Of a stretch of DNA of 64,000 nucleotides, positions 49,152 to 59,301 are shown piece after piece. The notes below the pieces were generated by a model. It had not been told where the DNA came from. It saw only the letters and a list, made by a program, of their open reading frames with translations, and made no database searches. This DNA is from Nitrosopumilaceae archaeon (GTDB lineage Archaea > Thermoproteota > Nitrososphaeria > Nitrososphaerales > Nitrosopumilaceae). How positions within the stretch are numbered: position 1 is the first letter of the stretch; the number at the start of each line of letters is the position of its first letter. The stretch spans positions 1 to 64,000 of the forward strand of contig JBQTHX010000055.1 of the NCBI GenBank assembly GCA_052389415.1. Direction: 5' to 3'. The position numbers and the translations under genes were made by a program.

Positions 49152-49598
49152 CTAATTAAGACGTGTAATCTCTTTTTGATGAATCTCTACGTTTGCCTGA
49201 TCAACCTTTATTGCTTTTGTAGGACAAACTTCAACGCACGCCATGCACCATATGCAATCACCCTCTTTGACAGGATTTGCTTTATCAGTGTAGTCACACC
49301 GATCTCTTCTTAATATTTTTCCAGGATTTTTATACCACTCAAATACTTTTACTGGGCAACTCATAAGGCAGATTCCATCTGCTATACACGAGTCCCAATC
49401 TACTGCCACAAAAGTTCCATGAATTCCTATTGGTTTAATTTCTTCATTTATTTTGGCATAGTCTGCTTTCACATTTTCGTCAGAAGAAGCTTCTGCTAAT
49501 CGGCCTGGACCCCATACGAGATGGTAATTTTCGCTTAGTGGATCCTTGAATTTACCTAAAACTGTATGGTTTTTTGGAAAGTCTGAATCAATTGGCAA
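49152..49598 (-). CDS. Dicluster (7Fe/Zfx-type) ferredoxin paralog
   Basis: GIHGT, CIADGICLMSCP and CIWCMACVEVCP. Confidence 0.9.
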   Translation of the reverse strand: MPIDSDFPKNHTVLGKFKDPLSENYHLVWGPGRLAEASSDENVKADYAKINEEIKPIGIHGTFVAVDWDSCIADGICLMSCPVKVFEWYKNPGKILRRDRCDYTDKANPVKEGDCIWCMACVEVCPTKAIKVDQANVEIHQKEITRLN

Positions 49599-49674
49599 TT
49601 GTAGTTCAACTTTTGTTGAGCAATTAAAATGTATTTAAGATAAATTCATATCTTCACCGTCTTGTTTTTATTTA

Positions 49675-50346
49675 ATGGGTATTTTCAAATACGACATTTA
49701 TCGGAGTCCAAACATAGGAATTTTCAGCAAAGCTAATGATAGTTTTGTTTTTATTCCAAATGGATTTGCAACAACAAAAGCAAAAAACCTAGCAGAGTTC
49801 CTAAAAACAGATTATATCTTCACTTCTGTTGCAAACACAAGACTACTTGGACCTCTTATGGTAATTAACAATAATGGAATAATGTTGCCTCGTACTGCAT
49901 TAGATGAAGAAGTTTCCTATTTGAAAAAATCGACAGGGCTTAACGTTGAAATATTAGATACAAAACATAATGCACTTGGAAATCTGATTTGTGTCAATGA
50001 CAAAGGGGGAATAATGTCACCTATGATTCCATCTGAATTTGTGAAAAAAGTTGAAGACGTTCTAGGAATAGAAATTGTTCAGAGGAGAATAGCTAGATAT
50101 CATCAGGCAGGTGCCATGGCTGTTGCTACCTCAAATGGCGGGATAGTTCATCCAGATACTGAAGAAAGTGACATTAAATTGATATCAGAAGTATTAGGAG
50201 TAGAACTAGAAGCCGCAACGATAAATGGAGGAATACCATTTGTTGCCTCGGGAATTTTGGCAAACAACAAATCCCTTGTAGTAGGCACGTTAACAAACGG
50301 GCCGGAGCTTGTCATGTTAACGAGGGCATTTAAAGTCAAAGATTAG
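49675..50346 (+). CDS. eif6: Translation initiation factor aIF6
   Basis: PNIGIF, ALGNLI, TINGG..ASG..AN, TNGPEL. Confidence 0.93.
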   Translation: MGIFKYDIYRSPNIGIFSKANDSFVFIPNGFATTKAKNLAEFLKTDYIFTSVANTRLLGPLMVINNNGIMLPRTALDEEVSYLKKSTGLNVEILDTKHNALGNLICVNDKGGIMSPMIPSEFVKKVEDVLGIEIVQRRIARYHQAGAMAVATSNGGIVHPDTEESDIKLISEVLGVELEAATINGGIPFVASGILANNKSLVVGTLTNGPELVMLTRAFKVKD

Positions 50347-51610
50347 AACGTGGATCATTTAATAACGATTCGAGAGGAATCTGTTTTTCGCTTCCGTCTT
50401 TCATGTTTCTAACCACTATTAAATTTGAAGAAAATTCCTTTGGAGCAATGATGATAGTAAACTGTGAGCTTGAGGCCATTTCCATCTGTTTTTTTAAGGG
50501 TTTTCCACTAAGATCAGCTTCAGCGCGAATTCCTTTTTGTCTAAGTTTAGATACAATGTTTAATGCAATTTTTTGCATTTCATCGCTAACAAATGCAACC
50601 CATACTTGCAAGGTTTTTGTGTTAATGTCTATTCTTTGTTTTTCTAAAGAAAAAGCAATTCGTTCAACTCCGCCAGCCACACCAGTAGCACCAAGATCTG
50701 AACGACCAAAAGCATTTGTAAGAGTATCATATCTCCCGCCACCTGCTAGAGCACCAAGATCTGAACTGCTATCAAAGACCTCAAAAACAATTCCCGAGTA
50801 ATAATCGAGTCCTCTGACAATTCCAAAATTTATTCTAATATTATCAATTTGTCTATTTTTTAAAGAGGTAAATAGTTGACATAATTTATCCCAGTTTTTT
50901 AGTTGTTTACACTCAAATTTTCTTTCAATTTCTTCAGGCGTACCCTTAATTTGAGAAAATTCTAGTATTTTTTCCAGATTTGAAGAAGAATACCCCTTTC
51001 CTTCATATTCCTTGATGATCTCTTCTCTTTTCTTTTTTTGTATCTTATCTACTGCTCTGAGCATATCGTTTAAGACATCATGTGAGTCAGAGTTGAAAAC
51101 TTGTTGTATGTACGATTCTACAAGCTCACGATCGCAAAAATCAATTACAATGTTTTGGAGACGAAGGTTAAAGAAAAATTTCGACGTGAATTCAATTATT
51201 TCTGCATCAAACTCAAGATTCGTTTGACCATAAATTTCCAGATCCCATTGATGAAAGAATCTATATCTTCCTTTTTGTGGTTCGTCATATCTCCAAACAC
51301 CTCCAAATGAAGCAAGTTTTGCTGGAAGTCTCATTGATTTTTGTGATACAGCATACCTTGTTAACCCTATTGTGAAATCAAATCTGAGGGCCACATCACG
51401 ATCTCCCTTGTCTTTAAAATGATAAATCTCGTTTTTAATGGACGGACCACTTTTTGTTTCAATTACAGAAATCAATTCTATTGGAGATGGTTCCATTAGT
51501 TGAAATCCAAAGAGATTCGCTGTTTCAATAAATTTCTGCCTAATGTATTCTATCTTCGAGGTCTCATCAAATCCAATATCCCTCATCCCACGCGGAAGTT
51601 CCAAATTCAA
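50336..51610 (-). CDS. hisS: Histidyl-tRNA synthetase
   Basis: PRGMRD, RYDEPQKGRYR, RGLDYY, GGGRYD. Confidence 0.96.
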   Translation of the reverse strand: MNLELPRGMRDIGFDETSKIEYIRQKFIETANLFGFQLMEPSPIELISVIETKSGPSIKNEIYHFKDKGDRDVALRFDFTIGLTRYAVSQKSMRLPAKLASFGGVWRYDEPQKGRYRFFHQWDLEIYGQTNLEFDAEIIEFTSKFFFNLRLQNIVIDFCDRELVESYIQQVFNSDSHDVLNDMLRAVDKIQKKKREEIIKEYEGKGYSSSNLEKILEFSQIKGTPEEIERKFECKQLKNWDKLCQLFTSLKNRQIDNIRINFGIVRGLDYYSGIVFEVFDSSSDLGALAGGGRYDTLTNAFGRSDLGATGVAGGVERIAFSLEKQRIDINTKTLQVWVAFVSDEMQKIALNIVSKLRQKGIRAEADLSGKPLKKQMEMASSSQFTIIIAPKEFSSNLIVVRNMKDGSEKQIPLESLLNDPRSNL

Positions 51611-51711
51611 AAATCACTCTTGTTCCAATGCATTTAGACCTTACTATCATCAGAATGATGGAATAAGTTTCATTTACAATGAATTAATAAAAGTTGTTTT
51701 TACAGCAAATT

Positions 51712-52128
51712 ATGGGATACAAATATCTCGAGCATGCTACAGATGCCTTTATTGAAGTTACAGCAAATACACTTGAAGAAGCTTTTGAACAGGCTGGCAT
51801 TTCTGTGGTAGATACAATCGTGGATATCAAATCAATTGAGGAAAAAATGGAAAAGGAAATCCAAGTCACAGGAAAAGATATGAATAATTTACTTTACAAC
51901 TGGCTTGAAGAAATTATTATAATTACCATCACAGAAGGATTTGTTGCAAACCGCTTTTTAGTTAGATTGCAAGAAAGCAACGGTTACAAACTAGTGGCAA
52001 AACTAAGGGGTGAAGAACTCGATATGGAAAAGCATCATTTTAAGGTGGAGATAAAAGCACCCACATTTCATCTCATGGAAATAAAAAAAAATAATCAAAT
52101 ATTGATGAGATTTCTGCTCGATTTATAA
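51712..52128 (+). CDS. Archease
   Basis: YKYLEHATD and EIKAPTFH; C-terminal DL. Confidence 0.92.
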   Translation: MGYKYLEHATDAFIEVTANTLEEAFEQAGISVVDTIVDIKSIEEKMEKEIQVTGKDMNNLLYNWLEEIIIITITEGFVANRFLVRLQESNGYKLVAKLRGEELDMEKHHFKVEIKAPTFHLMEIKKNNQILMRFLLDL

Positions 52129-52170
52129 GTAAATTATTAAATATGAAACCCGTTTACATCTGATCTCCGC

Positions 52171-52551
52171 ATGACAGACAAAGAAATTGATGACATTATG
52201 AAAAGGAAACTCGCTGAAATGTCAAGTCACAAGGAGCAAGAGATAAGAGAGTTGACTGATGTAGATTTTGACGATGTAGTTTCTAGCGACACACCAGTGT
52301 TGGTGGATTTTTGGGCTACGTGGTGCGGTCCTTGTCAATTTATGCTTCCCATTTTTAGTAGACTAGCAAAAAAGTATACAGCAATAATATTTGCCCGTGT
52401 GAATGTAGACGATGCACAAAGTGTTGCAGCAAGATATGGAGTTTATGCCATACCTACATTTCTAATGTTCAGAAATGGTCAAGTAGTAGATAAGGCAGTA
52501 GGAGCAGTTGGAGAACCAGGTCTTAACATGCTTCTACAGAAATATTCCTAG
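52171..52551 (+). CDS. trxA: Thioredoxin
   Basis: WCGPC. Confidence 0.95.
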   Translation: MTDKEIDDIMKRKLAEMSSHKEQEIRELTDVDFDDVVSSDTPVLVDFWATWCGPCQFMLPIFSRLAKKYTAIIFARVNVDDAQSVAARYGVYAIPTFLMFRNGQVVDKAVGAVGEPGLNMLLQKYS

Positions 52552-54329
52552 TAACCATACATTGGATTTAGTTTTCTCTGTATTGTTGTAATTTCTTGCA
52601 ATACTTGAAATTCTTCAGGATTTAATTTGTGTGAAAATCTTTTGAGAAGAAGTTTTGCCTCAGGCGAAGGGGGAAAGGAATAAAAGATTTCTTCTTCTGA
52701 AATTTGTCTTCCTACAGTAATATTTTGAATTGAGACAGCTACCTCCTGATCTTTTTTTGCCAGATTAACACTTTTGCCATTGTCTTGAATCTGGTGCAAG
52801 GTTCCAATCTTTTTTCCTTCCGCATTCATTATAGCAACTTTTTGTCTTAAATTACCAACGTTAATTTTGACTCCAAAAACAGCTGGATTACTCTTTCTAA
52901 ATACATATCCTTTAAGAAAAGTAAATTTACAAACTGGTGTAAGTTCATCAAGAATTGCATTCTCCTCATTTGCAGTATCCTCTTCTACCCAATGAGTGTA
53001 ATTATCCACCAAACTGTAAATGACTTGATCTTGGAAGATCCTGACATGATTTGCCTCAGATTCTTCTTGTGCGTCATCTAAAACTTTTACATTAAAAGAG
53101 ATTACAACGCCAAGATGTCTGTCGTTTTCTTTCACAGCCAAGGCTTCAACTACGTCACGTCTTGTAACAGGACCTATATCCGCTAGGGCTACAGGTATAT
53201 TCTGACGTTTTAGCATGTCAGTTAATGCTTCTAGCGAACCTATTGTATCACACTTTAGAATGACTCCTTTAGTATCAGTTTTAATGAATACTGATTTCAT
53301 CTCAGATTCAATCATCTTTTTTAAATCTTCAATCTCATTTTCTTTGGTTGTTGCATATACTGGGCTTCCTGGTAAAACACCATCAAGATCAGGTGAAACA
53401 ATTTTGATACCTGCAGCAGCAATTACATCGTTAACAGGCATGAACTTGTCTCTAGGATCTCGCATTTCATCCAGCGGTTTAGGTAAAAGTAGTGCCTTGG
53501 CTTTGGTATTGATTACAGAATCGCGTTTGGCAACCACGATATTATCACCCTTTTTTAGCATCCCGTCAATTAAGATGATATTTGCAGTCACTCCCAATCC
53601 GACTTCGTCCTTGACCTCAAGAACTATACCTCTGGTTGATTTTTCCTGCTGTTCGAGTTTTTTTTGCATATATTGTTGAGTCAAGCCAACTAACACAGCA
53701 AGTAATTCTGGAATTCCTTCCCCACTCCTAGCACTAACTGGGACTATAGATATTTCTTTTGTAAAATCCTTAATTCTATAAAATGCTTCAGAGTTGTAAC
53801 CAAGAATAGAAAGAGTTCCTACAACATTGTATAGGAGTTCATCAAGTGCAGTCTGCACAAATTGATCTTGTTCTTTTATTGACTGTGAAACAAACATTGT
53901 TTTTGGATTTTTCCAACCCTTGATCATATCTATCTTATTTAATGCGATCACAAATGGAACCTTTCTATTTTGTAATATTTTCAAACTTTCATTTGTCTGT
54001 GGTTGGAATCCTCGATTTACATCTACTACTAAAATGGCAATATCAGCTGCCGAACCACCACGTGCCCTTAGGTTTGTAAATATTTCATGGCCAGGGGTAT
54101 CAATTACCAGTAGGCCAGGAATTTCATCTTTTCCTCCACTTAGTTTTGCAAAGAGAGATCCACAAACTTTTTTGATTGTTTCAGAGGGAAGAAAGCTAGC
54201 ACCAATATGTTGTGTTATACCACCAGCTTCTCTTCCTTGGACTCCTGTTCCACGTATTTTGTCAAGTAGTGAGGTTTTACCAGAATCCACATGTCCCAGA
54301 ACTGCTACAATTGGTTGTCTTATTTGCAA
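52548..54329 (-). CDS. infB: Translation initiation factor aIF5B
   Basis: GHVDSGKT, GGITQHIGA, DTPGH, NKID. Confidence 0.96.
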   Translation of the reverse strand: MQIRQPIVAVLGHVDSGKTSLLDKIRGTGVQGREAGGITQHIGASFLPSETIKKVCGSLFAKLSGGKDEIPGLLVIDTPGHEIFTNLRARGGSAADIAILVVDVNRGFQPQTNESLKILQNRKVPFVIALNKIDMIKGWKNPKTMFVSQSIKEQDQFVQTALDELLYNVVGTLSILGYNSEAFYRIKDFTKEISIVPVSARSGEGIPELLAVLVGLTQQYMQKKLEQQEKSTRGIVLEVKDEVGLGVTANIILIDGMLKKGDNIVVAKRDSVINTKAKALLLPKPLDEMRDPRDKFMPVNDVIAAAGIKIVSPDLDGVLPGSPVYATTKENEIEDLKKMIESEMKSVFIKTDTKGVILKCDTIGSLEALTDMLKRQNIPVALADIGPVTRRDVVEALAVKENDRHLGVVISFNVKVLDDAQEESEANHVRIFQDQVIYSLVDNYTHWVEEDTANEENAILDELTPVCKFTFLKGYVFRKSNPAVFGVKINVGNLRQKVAIMNAEGKKIGTLHQIQDNGKSVNLAKKDQEVAVSIQNITVGRQISEEEIFYSFPPSPEAKLLLKRFSHKLNPEEFQVLQEITTIQRKLNPMYGY

Positions 54330-54335
54330 CCTTTT

Positions 54336-54737
54336 TCACTTGAATACTATGGTTAATTCCTTTTCAAAACTTTCCTTAGAATCAGATGCATGAATTATGT
54401 TATCAGTAAATCCAAGTCCAAAATCTCCTCGTATTGATCCAGGAATTGCTTCAGAAGATTTGGTAGAACCAATCATCAATCTAGTGGTCGTGATAGCATC
54501 ATTACCCTCTATAACAGCCGCTACTACTCTACCTGATGTAATAAAAGACACAAGTTCTTTGAAAAAAGGCTTTGAATTGTGAACAGAATAAAACTCCTCA
54601 GCCATCTCTTTTGTAAATGTAAACATCTTCAATTTCACCAACTTGAATCCTTTATCTTCAAACCTAGTTAGGATTTGGCCAACTATTCTTCTCTCTACTC
54701 CATCTGGCTTTACTATGAAAAGCGACTGCTCCGTCAT
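54336..54737 (-). CDS. ndk: Nucleoside diphosphate kinase
   Basis: KPDG, GSIRGDF, NIIHASD. Confidence 0.96.
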   Translation of the reverse strand: MTEQSLFIVKPDGVERRIVGQILTRFEDKGFKLVKLKMFTFTKEMAEEFYSVHNSKPFFKELVSFITSGRVVAAVIEGNDAITTTRLMIGSTKSSEAIPGSIRGDFGLGFTDNIIHASDSKESFEKELTIVFK

Positions 54738-54738
54738 T

Positions 54739-54942
54739 TTACTTTTTTACCTTTATTCCGCCTTTAACATATTTGTTAGTCCACTTGAGTCTTCTTGGAT
54801 CTCTTTTGAGTACGAGCATGTTTTTTTTGCATTTAGAGGAACAAAACCAGAAAACGGTTCCATCATTTTTAATCATCATCGTGCCAGACCCTTTTGCTAC
54901 TGGACGATTACAAAAACTACATGGTTTTACTAATACACTCAA
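54739..54942 (-). CDS. rpl24e: Ribosomal protein eL24
   Basis: CSFC...FCSSKC, PRRLKWT. Confidence 0.95.
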   Translation of the reverse strand: MSVLVKPCSFCNRPVAKGSGTMMIKNDGTVFWFCSSKCKKNMLVLKRDPRRLKWTNKYVKGGIKVKK

Positions 54943-54949
54943 CTTACAA

Positions 54950-55159
54950 TCACTTTATTTTTCGTGCTTCTCGTTCTGTTTCCCTTAACATCAAAATGTC
55001 AGACATTCTTACTGACCCTTTAACGTTTCTAGTAAGAATCCTCCCTTTGTCTTTTCCATCCATTATTTTCACTCTTACTTGAATTACTTCTCCAGCAATT
55101 CCTGTCCTACCGACAATTTGTATAATTTCTGCTGGAATTACTGTTTCAGTGGTGCTCAT
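54950..55159 (-). CDS. rps28e: Ribosomal protein eS28
   Basis: GRTG, RNVKG, ETEREAR. Confidence 0.95.
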   Translation of the reverse strand: MSTTETVIPAEIIQIVGRTGIAGEVIQVRVKIMDGKDKGRILTRNVKGSVRMSDILMLRETEREARKIK

Positions 55160-55542
55160 TTACTAGCTTGACCGCCTTTAAGGTCTGAAAGTGATGCTAT
55201 TATTTGATCAACAATATGTTGTGCATCTCCTGCGTCCAGTATTGCAGCTGCTGCTGAAGTAACGTCTATTCCAAGGGCCTTTCCAAGCTCTTGTCTGCTT
55301 GGTACAAATGCATATGCTGCTCCATGTTCTTCACACAATATTGGAAGATGGGCAACCACCTCTGGCGGTTCTACATCTTCAGCAATTATCACTAGTTTGC
55401 TTATTCCTCGTTCTATCGCTTTTGTGACTTCGTTTGTGCCTTTCTTTACTTTACCACTCTGATGAGACACTCTAAGTGCTTCATAGATTGGACTTACCAG
55501 GTCCTCAGGTACTTGAAATTTTACATAATAGGCTTTAGCCAC
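55156..55542 (-). CDS. rpl7ae: Ribosomal protein L7Ae (GTG start after GGGTGA SD)
   Basis: [24 protein letters not shown]. Confidence 0.96.
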   Translation of the reverse strand: MAKAYYVKFQVPEDLVSPIYEALRVSHQSGKVKKGTNEVTKAIERGISKLVIIAEDVEPPEVVAHLPILCEEHGAAYAFVPSRQELGKALGIDVTSAAAAILDAGDAQHIVDQIIASLSDLKGGQASK

Positions 55543-55570
55543 ATGTATCACCCAAAGGGATCATTTCCAT
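55543..55570 (-). promoter_or_regulatory. K-turn in the rpl7ae 5' UTR (autoregulation)
   Basis: ATGGA-AAT-GA-T-CCC-TTT-GGG-T-GA-TACAT: 3-nt bulge, tandem G.A pairs, U.U, contains the SD. Confidence 0.8.
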
Positions 55571-55602
55571 TCCTAAAGTGTTTCCAATTGGTTTTAAAAG
55601 TG

Positions 55603-56949
55603 TTATCTGCCAAGACTTGATTTTATTTTTTCCATGTATTTTACAAACAAAACGTCGAGATTTTGCTGCGAGTCAGATTCTGCATAGATTCTGATTATTG
55701 GCTCTGTTCCGCTTGGTCGTATCATCACCCAATTTAATCTGTCAAACAAGATTTTGATACCATCGGTCGTAATTTTTTTATGATTTTCTTTCTTGAGGAT
55801 CTGAATTATTTTTGCAGCTTCCTTTTTTGAACACTCCAGCTTACCTTTTGTTGTAAACGAAGGTGGCAAAAGTGATAGTTCGTCAGATATTGATTTTGTA
55901 GAGGCCGCAAGTAAGTCTAACGCAATTGCCATTGTCATGGCTCCATCGCGGACTTGATTATGCTTGCCATACATGAATCCGCCGTTTTCTTCAAATCCTA
56001 TAATAGCTTTAGAAGTAACCATTTCGCGTGAAACCTCAACACTTCCTACCTTTGTTCTGATCACTTTGGATTTTGTTCTTGATGCAATATCCTCAATTCG
56101 CGATGTCGAATTTATTGTCGTTACAATTTTAGATCTTGGATTTTTTTCTAATAGAAACTTTGATAGTAGTAGGGCTGATCTGTCCCCAGTCAAGATTTTT
56201 CCTGTGTCATCACAAAAGATACTTCTATCTCCGTCACCGTCAAAAGCAACTCCAAGATCTGCCTGTGATTTGATAACTTTTTTTGAAAGAACCTGTAGAT
56301 TTTGTGGCGTTGGTTCAGAACCCCTACCTGGAAAGGAACCATCAATTTTTTCGTTAATTGTAATGACTTCACAGCCAAGTTCCTTGCACAGTCTTGGAGC
56401 GGTGGCTGCCTGAGCACCATTGCCTAGGTCTAAAACTATTCTAAATTTTCTTGATCTTATTTTCTGCGTATTGATCTGGGATTTTATGCCTTTGAGGTAT
56501 GTTTCTATTGCTGTTTCTATCTTCCTTGTTATTCCCAATTTTTTAGCTTGTTTCCATTTTTTTTTAAAATAAATTCCCTCTACTTTAATCTCATCACCTC
56601 TTGAAATTTCCACTCCATCCTTTGCTGTGGGTTTTAATCCATTGTATGTTGGCGGATTATGAGATGCCGTAATCATTATTCCCCCTTGATATCCAAGCTT
56701 TTTTGTAGAAAATTGTAAGCAAGGAGTAGGAACCAATCCCGCAATTGCACAATCAAGGCCAGCTGAATTTAACGAAGAATAGACGATTTTTGAGACAATA
56801 ATACTTGATTCTCGTCCATCATATCCTATCAGTATCGGTCCATTTCTAAAATAGGTTGCAAGTGATAAGGTGATTTCATACACAAAATCTAGCGTGAGCG
56901 TTTCACCAAAAACCCCCCTAATTCCATTGGTTCCAAATAATTTTGCCAA
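55603..56949 (-). CDS. Phosphohexomutase (GlmM/PMM-PGM)
   Basis: LFGTNGIRG, TASHNP, DGDGDR, RPSGTEP. Confidence 0.93.
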   Translation of the reverse strand: MAKLFGTNGIRGVFGETLTLDFVYEITLSLATYFRNGPILIGYDGRESSIIVSKIVYSSLNSAGLDCAIAGLVPTPCLQFSTKKLGYQGGIMITASHNPPTYNGLKPTAKDGVEISRGDEIKVEGIYFKKKWKQAKKLGITRKIETAIETYLKGIKSQINTQKIRSRKFRIVLDLGNGAQAATAPRLCKELGCEVITINEKIDGSFPGRGSEPTPQNLQVLSKKVIKSQADLGVAFDGDGDRSIFCDDTGKILTGDRSALLLSKFLLEKNPRSKIVTTINSTSRIEDIASRTKSKVIRTKVGSVEVSREMVTSKAIIGFEENGGFMYGKHNQVRDGAMTMAIALDLLAASTKSISDELSLLPPSFTTKGKLECSKKEAAKIIQILKKENHKKITTDGIKILFDRLNWVMIRPSGTEPIIRIYAESDSQQNLDVLFVKYMEKIKSSLGR

Positions 56950-56999
56950 TTTTCAATCTATCAATAATAGATAAATTTGTCTTAAAAGTCATGGTGCAT

Positions 57000-57084
57000 G
57001 CGGGAGTTGCCAAGCCTGGTCAAAGGCGCAGGGCTTAGGACCCTGTCTTTTAGGAGTTCGTGGGTTCAAATCCCACCTCCCGCA
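57000..57084 (+). tRNA. tRNA-Leu(TAG)
   Basis: GCGGGAG/CTCCCGC, CAGGG-CTTAGGA-CCCTG, variable arm. Confidence 0.95.
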
Positions 57085-57085
57085 C

Positions 57086-57271
57086 TTATTTTATAATACA
57101 GAGTTGTTGCTCTTTGTGATTAGCAAAGTGAATATTGCAAAAGTCCTTTGAACATTCATAACAATGCCAATCTCCAATTGTAGAACATACTGAGCAGATT
57201 CTTACAGGATTGTTGTGATCATAACTATTACCTCGGTTACGATTTTTGCTTGAGCCTTTGTTTCTATCCAT
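57086..57271 (-). CDS. Small zinc-finger protein (B-box/AN1-like)
   Basis: CxxC-x7-CxxC-x4-CxxH-x3-H. Confidence 0.65.
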   Translation of the reverse strand: MDRNKGSSKNRNRGNSYDHNNPVRICSVCSTIGDWHCYECSKDFCNIHFANHKEQQLCIIK

Positions 57272-57432
57272 AATTTTCCCTCAAGAAGTATAAATTTGAA
57301 AAATTCAGGTTCTCCATTCACTCACGCATTATAAAATTTGATTGTATATTGCATATACACATTATCTAATTACGAGATATTCTAAGTGGTTATTTAAGCA
57401 TTAATAAAGTACGATCTTCAAACAAAATTAGA

Positions 57433-58290
57433 ATGAACAAAACAACAGTGGAAATCACTGTAATAGGAAGGGATCATGAGGGAGTAGTTGCGGGTTTTAC
57501 TAATTTCATATTTCAAAGAGGTGGAAATATTGAGAAAATAAATCAAAATGTCATCAAGGGATTATTTGGAATGTATCTTGAAGCATCTTTTGTGAAAAAA
57601 CTTGATATAAAAAAATTTGATCATGATGTAGAAGAGCTAGCAAAACGCTTGAAGATGGAAGTCAATACGCATCATGAAGCTGTTCTTAGGAAGAAAGTTG
57701 CATTACTTGTAACAAGAGAACCACATTGTCTTGAAGCGATTTTAGACGCAAGATCTAAAAATCAACTAAGAGGAGAGATCAGTGTAATTATAGGAACAGA
57801 GAATACTCTCGCTACATATGCTAGGAAAGCAAAAATTCCATTTGTGTTAGTAAATGAAATTGATCAATCAAAAGCTGAAGAAAAAATCCTTGCTACATTA
57901 AAACGACATAACATAGATTTGATAGTTCTTGCAAGATACATGCGCATTTTGTCTCCTAATTTTGTTTGGAGATATCCAAATAGAATTATTAACATTCATC
58001 CTTCGTTACTACCTGCATTTCCAGGTGCCTTTGCTTACATGCAGGCGTATGAACGTGGTGCTAAGATAGTTGGGTGCACAGCTCATTATGTTGTTGAAGA
58101 TCTGGATCAAGGCCCAATAATTTTTCAAGATGCTTTTGCAATTGATTCAAATGAAACTGTTGAATCATTAAAAAAGAAAGGTCAGAAAATAGAGGCAAAA
58201 ACTTTGTTGGAAGCAGTGCAAATGCATCTTGAGGGAAGACTTGAGGTCTACTGGGGCAAAGTCCACATCAAATCCAAGCGATCTAGATGA
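57433..58290 (+). CDS. purU: Formyltetrahydrofolate deformylase
   Basis: N-terminal ACT, LARYM, NIHPSLLP, DQGPII. Confidence 0.93.
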   Translation: MNKTTVEITVIGRDHEGVVAGFTNFIFQRGGNIEKINQNVIKGLFGMYLEASFVKKLDIKKFDHDVEELAKRLKMEVNTHHEAVLRKKVALLVTREPHCLEAILDARSKNQLRGEISVIIGTENTLATYARKAKIPFVLVNEIDQSKAEEKILATLKRHNIDLIVLARYMRILSPNFVWRYPNRIINIHPSLLPAFPGAFAYMQAYERGAKIVGCTAHYVVEDLDQGPIIFQDAFAIDSNETVESLKKKGQKIEAKTLLEAVQMHLEGRLEVYWGKVHIKSKRSR

Positions 58291-58994
58291 CAGAAATAAA
58301 TCATCTACAAGATCCTCATCTTAGGAATCTAATAAAAACTAGAAAACAAACTGCTCTCATACCAGTAGGCTCTATAGAACAACATGGACCGCATTTGCCA
58401 ATATCAACCGATTCAGATATCATATCTGAGATTGCACGTAGAATTTCGAAAAAAGCCGATTTTTTGGTGCTTCCTACCATAAACTATGGAGTTTCGTTTG
58501 AACATTTTCCTTTTTTTAATCTAAGTGTTAGAGAAACCACTTTACAAAGAAATCTTGTAGATTTGTGCATTTCATTATGGAAAAATAAAATAAAAACCAT
58601 CATAATTCTTAACGGACATCATGGGAATCAATCTGCACTCAATAATATTCCAAAAAAAATTCATGATTTCACAAATGGAAGGGTAAAAGTTTTTGTGTTT
58701 TCGTATTGGCACTTTATGAATATAGAGTTTGATCACGCGGGTTTTGTTGAAACTTCCCTTATGCTAGCTATATCAAAAAAAGTGAACATAAAAAAAGCTG
58801 TGAAAGGTTTTACAACTAGTGGACTCTCTGTAAAAGAAAAATTGCGCGTAAATAAACTTGCTTCAAAATCGTTCATTTCCGTTACGGGGAATGGAGTATG
58901 GGGAGATCCTAGAAATGCGTCAGCAAAAGAAGGAAAGAAAATCTTGTCAGAGGTTGTTCAAACTTTTTTAAAAGAGTCAAACTTGCCTTACTGA
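58287..58994 (+). CDS. Creatininase-family amidohydrolase (possibly ArfB)
   Basis: GSIEQHGPHLP, NGHHGN, DHAG..ET. Confidence 0.88.
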   Translation: MTEINHLQDPHLRNLIKTRKQTALIPVGSIEQHGPHLPISTDSDIISEIARRISKKADFLVLPTINYGVSFEHFPFFNLSVRETTLQRNLVDLCISLWKNKIKTIIILNGHHGNQSALNNIPKKIHDFTNGRVKVFVFSYWHFMNIEFDHAGFVETSLMLAISKKVNIKKAVKGFTTSGLSVKEKLRVNKLASKSFISVTGNGVWGDPRNASAKEGKKILSEVVQTFLKESNLPY

Positions 58995-59064
58995 CAAAAC
59001 CCGAAAATTACACCAATGAAATTTTAATATATACCCTCAATACAGGTGGTAATAAGTGAAATAA

Positions 59065-59295
59065 TTGTCCGTTGATATGGCAGTAAAAGTACTGGATGAG
59101 AGTCTCAACAAAGTCGTCCTTATCAAACTGAAGGGCGGCAAAGTAATAAGAGGCAACTTGCATGGTTTTGACCAACACATGAATCTGCTACTCGACTCAT
59201 CAGAAGAGATCCCTTCTGAGGGCGAAACAAAGAGTCTTGGAACCATAGTTGTCCGTGGAGACAATGTGGTGATAATTTCTCCACCCCCAAAGTGA
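59065..59295 (+). CDS. Sm-like (Lsm) protein
   Basis: [14 protein letters not shown]. Confidence 0.95.
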   Translation: MSVDMAVKVLDESLNKVVLIKLKGGKVIRGNLHGFDQHMNLLLDSSEEIPSEGETKSLGTIVVRGDNVVIISPPPK

Positions 59296-59301
59296 TGATA
59301 T

